Positions 24,857 through 33,417 of a stretch of 41,630 nucleotides of DNA are shown in pieces. The position numbers and the translations under genes are program-made. Numbering within the stretch: the first letter of the stretch is position 1; each line of letters begins with the position of its first letter. The notes beneath the pieces are model-generated. The model was not told where the DNA came from and searched no databases. It was given only the letters and a program-made list of their open reading frames with translations. Location: the IMG/VR virus record IMGVR_UViG_3300015265_000006, positions 1 to 41,630 of that record, one strand, 5' to 3'. The stretch is from a virus.

Positions 24857-27119
24857 TCGCTGGCTCCTGCTGTTCAAAATCCTGCGATGCCTTCATCTGC
24901 GCCGAGCTGAGCGTGGCCTGCTGTGCGATCTGCGCGACGGCGATCTTGGTTTCTGCGTCGAGTTCCGCCTTCCAGCGGTCGAACTCCAACTGCATCGCGA
25001 GCTGCTGGGTCTTCTGCTCGTCCTTCATCGCGTCGAGCTTGGCCTGTTGCTGGCTCTGCAGGGTCTTCTGGTCGGCCTCAACCTGCTGGCGGTTCGCGTC
25101 GACCTGCGCCTGCATGTTCATCTTGGCCGTTTCGAGCTGAAGCTCATGGTTGCGCTTAGCCTCGTCGAGCTGGGCGTTGTGCTGCAGCTCCATCTGCTTG
25201 AGCTGCATGCTGGCTTGAATCTTGGCCTGCTCGCCCTGCATTTGAGCATGAGCCTTCATTTGCTCAGGGTCAGGCTTGTCTTGCGGTGGCTGCTTGGCCG
25301 GGTCAGTGAAGAACTTGTCAGGACTCTTGAAGCCAAGTTGCTTGGCCAGCTCAGTCGCGGCGTTGAAGATGTTGTCAGGGGTAGCAATGCCGATCTGCAT
25401 GCCCTGTGCCTGGATGGCGCCTAGCATCTGCAGGTGCTGGATCTTCTGATCTTTGTTGCCAGTGCCAATGCCGACGTTGATGCACACGTCAAACTGGTTG
25501 CTCCACTCGCGCGGGTCGATTGGCACCCAGCCGCCGGTCAGCTTCACGATCTGCTCTTTCTGCTGGTACTGGCAGACCAGCTTGAGGATCAGCTTGAACA
25601 GGTCGACGTAGCCCTCGGAGAAGTTACGGGCGATCAGGTCGAGGCGCATGTCGGCGCGGTTGGTGATGACGTTCACGCCGGTCGCGGTGTCGTTCAGCGA
25701 ACCACTGTCATTGCCTTGGCTATAGCGCGTCCAGCCGGTCTTGTTCTCCAAGTCCTGCTGCATGTACTCCATCATCTGCATGGAGTTGCCAATGTCTGGT
25801 GCGCCCTGATCGAGACGGCCTACAGCGCCTTGGCGCTTGATCCGCACGACACCACCCGGGCGCGAGGTCAGCAGGTCGTCAAGGTTCACCTGCCCTTCTT
25901 CGGCAAAGTACCGGCCATTGACGGCCAGATACATGTTGTCGAGCTGGGCACGCAGAATGCTGGTCTTGGTCTTCTGGCTTTCCATGGCCAAGTCAGCGAT
26001 GGACAGGCCGAAGAACTGGTGCGGAAGCGGGACTGGCGTGATCGACACGAACGGAATGCAATCGACCGGTTCGTTGTCCAGCAGCGTGTTGCCGGCCATG
26101 GTGACCTTGCGCAGCTCGGCAATGCCATCGCCGTCATAGTCGCAGCGCATGTAGGCCTCAAGCACCCACACGTTGTTCTGGCTTTCTTCGTTCGACGCAT
26201 CGTTGTCGATGTAGGCGTTCCAGCTCACTCGCTGAATACGCTCCGAGTTCATGGCCTGACCCGAATCTTCAGAGCCAAGATCATCCACGTTCTTGTAGCC
26301 CATGGACTTCAGCTCAGACTTGGTGCGCTGTACCCTGTGGGCTACGAACTTGGCCGTCTCGATGTCCTTGGCGTTGCGGGCGATCAGGAACTCTTCTGGC
26401 GGGACGTTATCGATGCAGATCTTGCCGGCCTTGTTGGTTCGCTTGCAGACCACGTCGTACACCATCACCGGTGGCTTAGACTCGATCTGCTGGATTTGCT
26501 GCATCACCTGAGGCGCGGACTGCGGCTGAGCCTGTGCCTGCTGCATCAACTGCATGATGGCCTGCTGGCGTTGCTCCTGATCGTCCTCGTCGACGCGGAT
26601 GTTCTGCTCGACGACCTCCACCTCGTCATCTTCCAGCAGCTGGGTCAACTCCACCTCGGAAAGCCCGCGATATTCTTCTCGGGTTTCCTCATGGCGGGTG
26701 TCCCACCAGACCTTGATGATGCCGTTCTTCTGCAGCAGCGCGTCCTTCATCCATGTGTAAGCGATGCGGTGACCGTTGTTCTTCTTGTAGAACAGGTAGT
26801 TGACGTATTCAGTGGCCTGCTCGGCCTTCTGCTCATCGCCGGGCTTGGTCGCTTCGAACTCGGCCACAGTGTCGGAGCCGACGAAAGTCACCATGAGCTG
26901 GGGCAGCATTGATTCGATAGTGTCCCGCACGTCAGTCGAGACAACCGACGAGCGCCCATCCACCTCTGGCGGCGACAAGTCACCAACCGGCATGCCGAGG
27001 TAGTAGTACATCGACTTCTGACGCTGCATGCTCAGCTTGGACGATGAATACCCAAGCGACTGGCGCATCTCGGCCCCGACCAGGGCTTTGAGTTCGTCCT
27101 CGGTCAGACCCTTTGTCAT
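24843..27119 (-). CDS. Portal protein, P22-like
   Basis: 758 aa; VDGRSSVVSTDVRDTIESMLPQLMVTFVG..., long Gln-rich C-terminal helix. Confidence 0.88.
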   Translation of the reverse strand: MTKGLTEDELKALVGAEMRQSLGYSSSKLSMQRQKSMYYYLGMPVGDLSPPEVDGRSSVVSTDVRDTIESMLPQLMVTFVGSDTVAEFEATKPGDEQKAEQATEYVNYLFYKKNNGHRIAYTWMKDALLQKNGIIKVWWDTRHEETREEYRGLSEVELTQLLEDDEVEVVEQNIRVDEDDQEQRQQAIMQLMQQAQAQPQSAPQVMQQIQQIESKPPVMVYDVVCKRTNKAGKICIDNVPPEEFLIARNAKDIETAKFVAHRVQRTKSELKSMGYKNVDDLGSEDSGQAMNSERIQRVSWNAYIDNDASNEESQNNVWVLEAYMRCDYDGDGIAELRKVTMAGNTLLDNEPVDCIPFVSITPVPLPHQFFGLSIADLAMESQKTKTSILRAQLDNMYLAVNGRYFAEEGQVNLDDLLTSRPGGVVRIKRQGAVGRLDQGAPDIGNSMQMMEYMQQDLENKTGWTRYSQGNDSGSLNDTATGVNVITNRADMRLDLIARNFSEGYVDLFKLILKLVCQYQQKEQIVKLTGGWVPIDPREWSNQFDVCINVGIGTGNKDQKIQHLQMLGAIQAQGMQIGIATPDNIFNAATELAKQLGFKSPDKFFTDPAKQPPQDKPDPEQMKAHAQMQGEQAKIQASMQLKQMELQHNAQLDEAKRNHELQLETAKMNMQAQVDANRQQVEADQKTLQSQQQAKLDAMKDEQKTQQLAMQLEFDRWKAELDAETKIAVAQIAQQATLSSAQMKASQDFEQQEPANGDA

Positions 27120-27128
27120 TTCGTGCCC

Positions 27129-28388
27129 TTATGCGTTGTTGAGCTTGCGATAGTTGAGCTGGCCGCCCCACTCGTCGTTGCTGAGCTGGTCAGCCACAAG
27201 TGCGAGGTAGCGCATAACGTCCGCACCGTGGCTGTACTCGTCATGCAGCGGCGCGCCCGGTTCGTTGGTCTGTTGGTTGATCTGCCGGCGGTAGCGCTTC
27301 AAGCACTCCACGAGGCGAGCCGTGCGGTCACGGTTGAAGTAGGTGCGAGGGAAGACCTCGCGAACCCGGTTGATGCCCTGCTCAACGTGCATGTTCGGCA
27401 CAGGCATCACAGTCCATCCAAGCTGGCCCATGACCTCGGCGTCTGACTTGCCGCTCTGGTGGCGCTTGTGATAGCCGTCGTGTGGCAGATAGACGTTGCC
27501 CCAGTTCATTGGCTGATCATCCAACTTAAGCTCTTTCAGCTCAGCGCTGTACTCAGCCAGCGTGCGCTGATGACCTTCGATGTAGTGAACGATGCGGATC
27601 TCGCCGGCCATCTTCTGGGCCAGTATGATCGTCATCGCATCGTTCCAACCAAGGTCAAAGATGACGTGTGTCTTCAGCAGCCCATCGTGCGGCACGTTGG
27701 CGATGCGCGACTCGGTCTGGCTCATCTGTTCAAAGTAGATGGCGCCTTCAACTGCCGGCATGCACTTACCTTCCCAGATGTGAGCGTATTGTTCTGGCTT
27801 CATGGTCGCCTGAGCGTGCAAGCGCTCCTGCTCCAGCACTGCGGGGAACCATGGGTTGTCATTGTAGTTCATCAGCACTGACACACAGTCAGGCGCAGGC
27901 TTGGTCACGAAGCGCTCGTGCGTCTCGTCAGACTCAAGCTGAGGGTTGTACGTGACCCAGATCTCAGAGCCCGGCTTGCGAATGGTCGGGAGCAACACGT
28001 CCCAACTCTTCTTCACTACCGCGTGCGCTTCCTCGATCCAGACAATGTCGACGCCCTCGTAGGACTTGATCGAATCGACTGTATGTTGCTGTAGGCCGGC
28101 GAAACTGAACTCAGTCCCGTTCTTGCCCTTGATGTAGGCCTGCTGAACCTCGTAGAAGCCACCCAGCTTTAGGCTGGCGATCTGATCGGCCAGAAGCTTG
28201 TGTACCGAGTCAGCAATGCTCTTCTGGATCTCACGAGTGCACAGGATGCGCATCGGCTTCTGTGCGCCCTGGATCAGCAGCGATCTGGCAAAGCTCCATG
28301 ACTTCCCGCTGCCTCGCCCGCCGTACGCCACCTTGTACCGGTGCGGCTCGAACAGGAACGCGAGCTTGTCGGGGAACTCAATTGCCAT
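27129..28388 (-). CDS. terL: Terminase large subunit
   Basis: YKVAYGGRGSGKSWSFAR (Walker A), YEGVDIVWIEEAHAV (Walker B), DLGWNDAMTIILAQ (nuclease Asp). Confidence 0.95.
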   Translation of the reverse strand: MAIEFPDKLAFLFEPHRYKVAYGGRGSGKSWSFARSLLIQGAQKPMRILCTREIQKSIADSVHKLLADQIASLKLGGFYEVQQAYIKGKNGTEFSFAGLQQHTVDSIKSYEGVDIVWIEEAHAVVKKSWDVLLPTIRKPGSEIWVTYNPQLESDETHERFVTKPAPDCVSVLMNYNDNPWFPAVLEQERLHAQATMKPEQYAHIWEGKCMPAVEGAIYFEQMSQTESRIANVPHDGLLKTHVIFDLGWNDAMTIILAQKMAGEIRIVHYIEGHQRTLAEYSAELKELKLDDQPMNWGNVYLPHDGYHKRHQSGKSDAEVMGQLGWTVMPVPNMHVEQGINRVREVFPRTYFNRDRTARLVECLKRYRRQINQQTNEPGAPLHDEYSHGADVMRYLALVADQLSNDEWGGQLNYRKLNNA

Positions 28389-28902
28389 TGGATGGCTTGA
28401 CGAACTGGATTGTCAGGCTTGCGTCGGCTGATTCGCCACCTTCAGGCTCAGCATCAATGTTGTAGGCCTGACGCTGCGCCTTGATCACCTTCAGCTGTGC
28501 ATCAACACCAGCGTTCAACGAGCGGGCAAAGTCACCGTGCGTCTTCTCATCGATGTCGGCCTCAGCCAAGAACACGCTGAGCTTGGTTGCAATGACCTGC
28601 CACAGCGCCAAACTGCCTCGGTGAGCGAGGATCAGTGACGCTGCCTTGTCCGACGCCTCAGCAACAATCGAGGCCTCAGTAACCAATGAGTCCTCAGTGG
28701 TGCCGATGGTTACCGATTTGGTTACCTTGCGCTGAGTCGCCGCTCTGACCTGCTCAGTCAGGTCTCGCTCCCACCCGTGCTTCTTGGCCCGCTTCAGGAT
28801 CGTGGCGTGGTTTGCAGCATGCAACTCACCAATGGCTCGGATCGAAAGAGAACCAGCCCGGTAGGCGCGTTCAATCGCCTCCCAATCAGGCTTGGCTGTC
28901 AT
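28378..28902 (-). CDS. terS: Terminase small subunit
   Basis: YRAGSLSIRAIGELHAANHATILKRAKKHGWERDL HTH; overlaps terL start. Confidence 0.8.
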   Translation of the reverse strand: MTAKPDWEAIERAYRAGSLSIRAIGELHAANHATILKRAKKHGWERDLTEQVRAATQRKVTKSVTIGTTEDSLVTEASIVAEASDKAASLILAHRGSLALWQVIATKLSVFLAEADIDEKTHGDFARSLNAGVDAQLKVIKAQRQAYNIDAEPEGGESADASLTIQFVKPSNGN

Positions 28903-28917
28903 GTTGTATTCCTTCTG

Positions 28918-29103
28918 TTACTCGGAGCCGATCAGCTTTTGCTCATCGATCACTTCAAACTCACCTTCTACGAACTGCTGCTTGCAGAATTCTGGAGGTT
29001 CTTGACCAAAAGCGCGGTACTGCGCGGCTAGCTGTGAATTGGCGCAGTCCTGCATGTGTTCTTGCTGGTCCTTGTAAACCTTGTGAGATATCGATCCCAT
29101 CAC
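28918..29103 (-). CDS. Hypothetical protein
   Basis: 61 aa, ATGA-coupled to neighbour. Confidence 0.5.
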   Translation of the reverse strand: MMGSISHKVYKDQQEHMQDCANSQLAAQYRAFGQEPPEFCKQQFVEGEFEVIDEQKLIGSE

Positions 29104-29258
29104 TCAACCTCTTTGTAACGCGTGACTTGCTTGGCCTGAGCGCGGATGACGTCTTTGTCGACCTCAAGCCCAGTCATGTAGGCGAATGCGTAGACAGCGT
29201 GAACGTAGGCGCGGAACCACCATGGAAGGTAGGCGCGGACGTTTATCTGGCGAGGCAT
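29100..29258 (-). CDS. Small hypothetical protein
   Basis: MPRQINVRAYLPWWFRAYVHAVYAFAYMTGLEVDKDVIRAQAKQVTRYKEVE. Confidence 0.55.
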   Translation of the reverse strand: MPRQINVRAYLPWWFRAYVHAVYAFAYMTGLEVDKDVIRAQAKQVTRYKEVE

Positions 29259-29259
29259 G

Positions 29260-29463
29260 TCACGCGGCCGGCTCTTGCTTGATGATGCGGCCAAGGATGA
29301 CTGCAGCACCGAGGAATGCGTTCACAGTGGAGAACACGCCGGGCGATACGACGCCTTGCAGAGCTGGCCAGTAGGTGGCGGCAGCGTTCAATGCAACGAG
29401 GACTGCAGCGATCTGAACGCTGTACAGCTTCCAGAGCTGAGACCATTGTGGGATGAGGTTCAT
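29260..29463 (-). CDS. Putative holin
   Basis: WKLYSVQIAAVLVALNAAATYWPALQGVVSPGVFSTVNAFLGAAVILGRIIKQ. Confidence 0.65.
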   Translation of the reverse strand: MNLIPQWSQLWKLYSVQIAAVLVALNAAATYWPALQGVVSPGVFSTVNAFLGAAVILGRIIKQEPAA

Positions 29464-29476
29464 GGCGAACTCCGAA

Positions 29477-29890
29477 TTACTGAGGATTGATCGAGCCGGT
29501 GACGGTCTTCTTCAGCTCCGTAAGATCCGTGGCGAGTTCAGCCAGATCCTTGTCCTTGCGATTCTCGGCCCACTTGAACCAGGCGCGAACCAATACCCAT
29601 GCTGGAAGGCCGCAGACGAAGATGATGCCGCCTATAGCGATCAGACCGATATCGTCATGCGCCCAACCTCCAAGATCGAACCAGCGCACCACGAAGGCGC
29701 CTCCGCAGATGCTGGAGACGGTTGTACTGATCATCGCGACAACGAACTCGCGAACAGTCTTGGGCAGCGTCATCGCCATCACGACAATGGCAGCCAGCAC
29801 AGCGACGAACCCAAAGGCGCCGAGCTTGTAAAGCGCGATGCCACCCAAAGCGGTAAACGGGCCGGGTTCTGACATGGCTTGCGATCTCAT
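29477..29890 (-). CDS. Membrane protein, possible holin/antiholin
   Basis: Three or more hydrophobic segments, charged C-terminus. Confidence 0.6.
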   Translation of the reverse strand: MRSQAMSEPGPFTALGGIALYKLGAFGFVAVLAAIVVMAMTLPKTVREFVVAMISTTVSSICGGAFVVRWFDLGGWAHDDIGLIAIGGIIFVCGLPAWVLVRAWFKWAENRKDKDLAELATDLTELKKTVTGSINPQ

Positions 29891-29921
29891 AGGCGCCTCG
29901 TTGGTCTCGGCGTTGGGGGAT

Positions 29922-29943
29922 AAAAAAGGCGCCGGGTGGGCGC
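29922..29943 (-). terminator. Rho-independent terminator
   Basis: - strand ggcgcccacccggcgccttttttat. Confidence 0.65.
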
Positions 29944-29982
29944 CAAAGTCCGCTGGGGAGCGGAGTGCGGGAAATAAATCAG

Positions 29983-30147
29983 CTAGTGAACGGTGTTGGT
30001 GTCTCGGATGCTTTGGGCGAGCAGGTCAGTCGCGGCCTTGGCGAATGTATCAGCGAGCTTCGTCATGCCGCTCTCCTTGCACTGCGATGCCGTAGCCGCG
30101 AGACACTGGGCAATCTCGATGAGCTTGGCGTCGACGGTTACTGTCAT
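29983..30147 (-). CDS. Small hypothetical protein (54 aa), first ORF of late operon
   Basis: MTVTVDAKLIEIAQCLAATASQCKESGMTKLADTFAKAATDLLAQSIRDTNTVH. Confidence 0.55.
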   Translation of the reverse strand: MTVTVDAKLIEIAQCLAATASQCKESGMTKLADTFAKAATDLLAQSIRDTNTVH

Positions 30148-30171
30148 GGCCTACCTCGTGGATTGCGGGCA

Positions 30172-30200
30172 TAAAAAAGCCCCGCACTGTGGCGAGGCTT
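30172..30200 (-). terminator. tR'-like terminator downstream of the late promoter
   Basis: - strand aagcc(t)cgccacagtgcgggcttttttat. Confidence 0.6.
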
Positions 30201-30383
30201 GGAATTGGTTGCACGCACCTTGTACTCGCTAGCGGCGTGCCGGCGCTGTTTGGTGCAGATGGCCGGCGCTGATCTCCGGCTTCACGGGTTTTTCACCGCA
30301 CGTACGAGTCACAATGACCGCGTACTCGCGCATCAGCCTGCGCATTCATCTGCTTTCGAAGCGGTAAAACCGCATCTTTGGGC

Positions 30384-30412
30384 AATATGCCATTCGGAAG
30401 TTAACACGTCAA
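30384..30412 (-). promoter_or_regulatory. Putative late promoter (pR'-like)
   Basis: - strand TTGACG-17 nt-CATATT, followed by palindrome gcggttttaccgc and the 30172..30200 terminator. Confidence 0.5.
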
Positions 30413-30422
30413 GTGGATTGAC

Positions 30423-30773
30423 CTATTTATGCACATATTGTGATGCGTACAGATCGCGCTGTTTCTTCTTCTCATGGTCTGCGACAGCAAGCACGATGGC
30501 GCGCCTCATAGACTGGGCGCGATCGCGCCCAGTCACTGCCTCTCTCCACCCATAGTTTGTTACAGCTATGCACGTATAGTCTGCGCTGGCGTCTGCCTGG
30601 ATATGCAACGCCAAAGCAAGGCGGAACGCATCGCCGTCGTCCTCTAGCGGGTTCCAGTAGTAAGGGGCATTGTGCGGAGCGGATACCTCAAGCCCGCACT
30701 GGAAATCGTAGTGACCGGTAGCCCTCAGGCCGGCAGCATTCGCGGCCATTTCCAGCAATTCACGATCAGTCAT
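30423..30773 (-). CDS. Hypothetical phage protein
   Basis: TDRELLEMAANAAGL...YWNPLEDDGDAFRLALALHI. Confidence 0.75.
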   Translation of the reverse strand: MTDRELLEMAANAAGLRATGHYDFQCGLEVSAPHNAPYYWNPLEDDGDAFRLALALHIQADASADYTCIAVTNYGWREAVTGRDRAQSMRRAIVLAVADHEKKKQRDLYASQYVHK

Positions 30774-31129
30774 GCCGCCACCCTCATTTCAAGACAAGCC
30801 TCAATGTACGCGTGCCCGGCGATGATGTACTCGCGCACCTTTAGCCGAGATTCACCTACTTCCTTGCCTACGTCCGCCATGGTTTTGTCCAGACCGCGAT
30901 AGTACACCCGAACGCACTCGGCCATCTTGGCATGCTTGCGGGCCATGCGGGCGACGAAGTGGTCAACCATCATAGCTTCCTCGTCCGTGATGTCTGCAGT
31001 AGGGAAACTGTCGAACTGCTCCACGTTGTCGCGCATCAGGACGTAGGAAGGTGACGTGCAGCGCGGGATGCCGACCTGTTGGCGGCTCCAGCGGCCCCAG
31101 TGGGTAAGAAGGTCTTCGGCGTCTCTCAT
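30770..31129 (-). CDS. Q-like late antitermination protein
   Basis: MRDAEDLLTHWGRWSRQQVG...DEEAMMVDHFVARMARKHAKMAECVRVYYRGLDKTMADVGKEVGESRLKVREYI; last gene of the early leftward operon. Confidence 0.7.
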   Translation of the reverse strand: MRDAEDLLTHWGRWSRQQVGIPRCTSPSYVLMRDNVEQFDSFPTADITDEEAMMVDHFVARMARKHAKMAECVRVYYRGLDKTMADVGKEVGESRLKVREYIIAGHAYIEACLEMRVAA

Positions 31130-31311
31130 TCCGAATCCTTCTTTTCGAAGAAGCCACTCCCAGAAACCTTGCCGCAACGCTTGCACCAGTCTGCTGGGAT
31201 ATAACGAAGCGCCCAACCTTTCAAAGCGCCAGACATTATTTTGGAACCCATATCGTTGATAACCATAACTTTTTCAACATCATGGCCTTTAAAAAGACAT
31301 TTGATATTCAT
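31126..31311 (-). CDS. Small zinc-ribbon-like protein
   Basis: MNIKCLFKGHDVEKVMVI...WCKRCGKVSGSGFFEKKDSE. Confidence 0.65.
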   Translation of the reverse strand: MNIKCLFKGHDVEKVMVINDMGSKIMSGALKGWALRYIPADWCKRCGKVSGSGFFEKKDSE

Positions 31312-32447
31312 GCGGCTACCTCTTTCAACATGGACGGGTGAACGGTGTGGCGCGCGACTTCGCCGTGCTCGCGGTGCAGGACGATTGCCTTCATGTTCTG
31401 GCGCGATCTCCAGCCGCCTGCGTGCGCGTAGCTGTCGCCCGGTGCCAGGGTGTTGAAGGACTCGACGGTGCAGCCAGGGTATTCCTTCTTGCTTTCGTGG
31501 TGGATGTGGCCTGTCCACCAGTAGCGATGCTCGGTATCGCCCCAGTCCTTGGCACGGTCGGTCGCCATGACGCCCGGCAGCTTGTCGGCCTTACTGGTGT
31601 GGCCGTGGTGCATGCCGATCAGGTTGTTGCCCCAGCGGTAGTAGCTGAAGACGCTTGGCGAGACTTCGACGGTGACGCGCGGCTCGTTTTTGTAGACATG
31701 GGCAAACAGACGACTCAACCAGACGGCGCCGGTCTCATCGTGGTTCCCGATGACGTTAACCACGTGCACGAACTTGTGCTTCGTTAGTGCCGACTCAATG
31801 CACTGGCGCATGGCGAGTATCAGGATGTCGACCATCTTGGCGTAGCGGCTGTCTGCGTCCAGGTGGTGGCCAGTGCGTGGCGTTACGGCAGCCATGGAAT
31901 CGTAGTGAGCTGCGTCACCGAGATTGACAATGATTGCCGTCTCAGTCGGCGGTGCAGACTCAACCAGCGAAGCCATGGCCGCACAGTGCACGCGCTCGGC
32001 AATGCTGAGGTCCCAGTCTTCTCCACACTCGGCGGCCCAAATGTACTCCCCGAAGTGCGGATCGCCGATTGGGTAGGCAGTCATCAGGTCAGGCAGGTAG
32101 TTGCCAGCGAATGGTCGCGCCGGTACGTGAGGCAAATCCTTTACCGCGGCGTCACATGAGGCCCGAATAAGTGCCTCCAATGCTTCGCTGTCAGTATTTG
32201 TCTTGACCCAAGAAAGCAGCGGCTCGGTTTCTCCGCGGCGCATGAGCTGGGAAGTTCCGCGGATCTTGAGGAATGGCGGCAGCTTTGACTCGATGTGCAT
32301 CTCCGGGATGTGGCCCTTCAATGCAAGCTTTGCCTTGCGGCGCTCGATGCTGCGGCGATCCATATCGAAGTGCTTGGCTGTCTGGCCGACACTCATGGTC
32401 TGGAAGGCTTCGATCAGCTGCTCGTCGGTTACTTTGCGCTCAGCCAT
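31308..32447 (-). CDS. Calcineurin-like metallophosphoesterase with N-terminal HTH
   Basis: YPIGDPHFG, NLGDAAHYDS, NVIGNHDETG, MHHGHT, TGHIHHES. Confidence 0.85.
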   Translation of the reverse strand: MAERKVTDEQLIEAFQTMSVGQTAKHFDMDRRSIERRKAKLALKGHIPEMHIESKLPPFLKIRGTSQLMRRGETEPLLSWVKTNTDSEALEALIRASCDAAVKDLPHVPARPFAGNYLPDLMTAYPIGDPHFGEYIWAAECGEDWDLSIAERVHCAAMASLVESAPPTETAIIVNLGDAAHYDSMAAVTPRTGHHLDADSRYAKMVDILILAMRQCIESALTKHKFVHVVNVIGNHDETGAVWLSRLFAHVYKNEPRVTVEVSPSVFSYYRWGNNLIGMHHGHTSKADKLPGVMATDRAKDWGDTEHRYWWTGHIHHESKKEYPGCTVESFNTLAPGDSYAHAGGWRSRQNMKAIVLHREHGEVARHTVHPSMLKEVAA

Positions 32448-32722
32448 TATTGAGCCTCCGCGAGTGCTTCAGCCTTCAGGGCGGCGTAAGCAACACAGTC
32501 TTCGGCGGAATCAGCGTGGTAGGCCGGGTTCTGCCATTGGCGCACGTCCTTCAGGATCTGAAGCAGAAGCCACCCTTCCGCCTCGGTCAGGGATTGGCCG
32601 GTGATGGTGTTGAACGCGCTCACAGTGGTCGCCATGCTGCGCTCGCCTTCTGGCTTGTCGTACTGCTTGCCGCGTTCCAGCATGAGAGCCTGGGCCTTAC
32701 CGAGAAATTCGTGCGCTTTCAT
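32447..32722 (-). CDS. Hypothetical (DUF6378-like) protein
   Basis: ALMLERGKQYDKPEGERSMATTVSAFNTITGQSLTEAEGWLLLQILKDVRQWQNP. Confidence 0.7.
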   Translation of the reverse strand: MKAHEFLGKAQALMLERGKQYDKPEGERSMATTVSAFNTITGQSLTEAEGWLLLQILKDVRQWQNPAYHADSAEDCVAYAALKAEALAEAQ

Positions 32723-32922
32723 GCTGAAACCCTCTGTTTCGATTCAAGATGTGTGACGCATGCGGCCTTGGCGGCCTTTTCGTTCTCGCCGGAGTAGAGA
32801 ATCTTCGAGGCAGGCGCTGGTGTTCTGGCGATGAAGGCGTTGGTCGACTGCATCCGGTACCGGCTGACCAGATAGCCTTCCTCGGACGAGAGGCAGTTGG
32901 TGCTGATGCCTTTCCAGTTCAT
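32719..32922 (-). CDS. Hypothetical protein
   Basis: 67 aa, ATGA-coupled. Confidence 0.5.
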   Translation of the reverse strand: MNWKGISTNCLSSEEGYLVSRYRMQSTNAFIARTPAPASKILYSGENEKAAKAACVTHLESKQRVSA

Positions 32923-33146
32923 GGCTTCACCTCGTCAGCAGTATTTTCACGCCACTGGTATTGGCAGGTGCGGCAGTGCTTGCGCAGATGATCTTTTGCG
33001 GCTAAATGCTGCCAGTAGAAGTCGTATTCGTTGGATGTCACGAATTCGTCCTCAATCTTGCGTCGACCTGAATGATCAATGAGGTTGCCTTTTGGCGTGA
33101 ATGTCACCCACAGATCAACGCCAGAGCATTTCGGGCACTTGCTCAT
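32919..33146 (-). CDS. Small zinc-ribbon protein
   Basis: MSKCPKCSGVDLWVTFTPKGNLIDH...HCRTCQYQW. Confidence 0.65.
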   Translation of the reverse strand: MSKCPKCSGVDLWVTFTPKGNLIDHSGRRKIEDEFVTSNEYDFYWQHLAAKDHLRKHCRTCQYQWRENTADEVKP

Positions 33147-33250
33147 TTCACACCCCGCGCAATCCGATCTTTCCGCAGAATCCGGCGGCAGCCTTCGAGC
33201 AGACCTCCGGCGAGTAACAACATGAAGAGGAAGTAGAGGTGGAGGATCAT
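33143..33250 (-). CDS. 35 aa membrane peptide
   Basis: MILHLYFLFMLLLAGGLLEGCRRILRKDRIARGVK; ATGA overlaps on both sides. Confidence 0.45.
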   Translation of the reverse strand: MILHLYFLFMLLLAGGLLEGCRRILRKDRIARGVK

Positions 33251-33417
33251 GAGTAATCCTCCACTGCGTATGCGCGCTCATAGAAATATGGTTGGCCCTT
33301 TACCCAAAACCAGCCCAGTGAAGGCTGTGATGGCCCGGGGCCGATTAGAAACCATGCCCCTCCGCGAAGCCGCCGATACCATTTAAATTCGCCAAACGCA
33401 TAATCGAGAATCTTCAT
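33247..33417 (-). CDS. 56 aa hypothetical protein
   Basis: MKILDYAFGEFKWYRRLRGGAWFLIGPGPSQPSLGWFWVKGQPYFYERAYAVEDYS; overlaps neighbours by 4 nt. Confidence 0.55.
   Translation of the reverse strand: MKILDYAFGEFKWYRRLRGGAWFLIGPGPSQPSLGWFWVKGQPYFYERAYAVEDYS

Noticed and set aside
25434-26912. 492 aa + strand ORF
   Set aside because: Antisense to the portal gene, whose reading is unambiguous; leucine/valine/histidine-rich shadow translation.
30199-30555. 118 aa + strand ORF
   Set aside because: Covers the late promoter region and is antisense to 30423..30773; no RBS or motif support.
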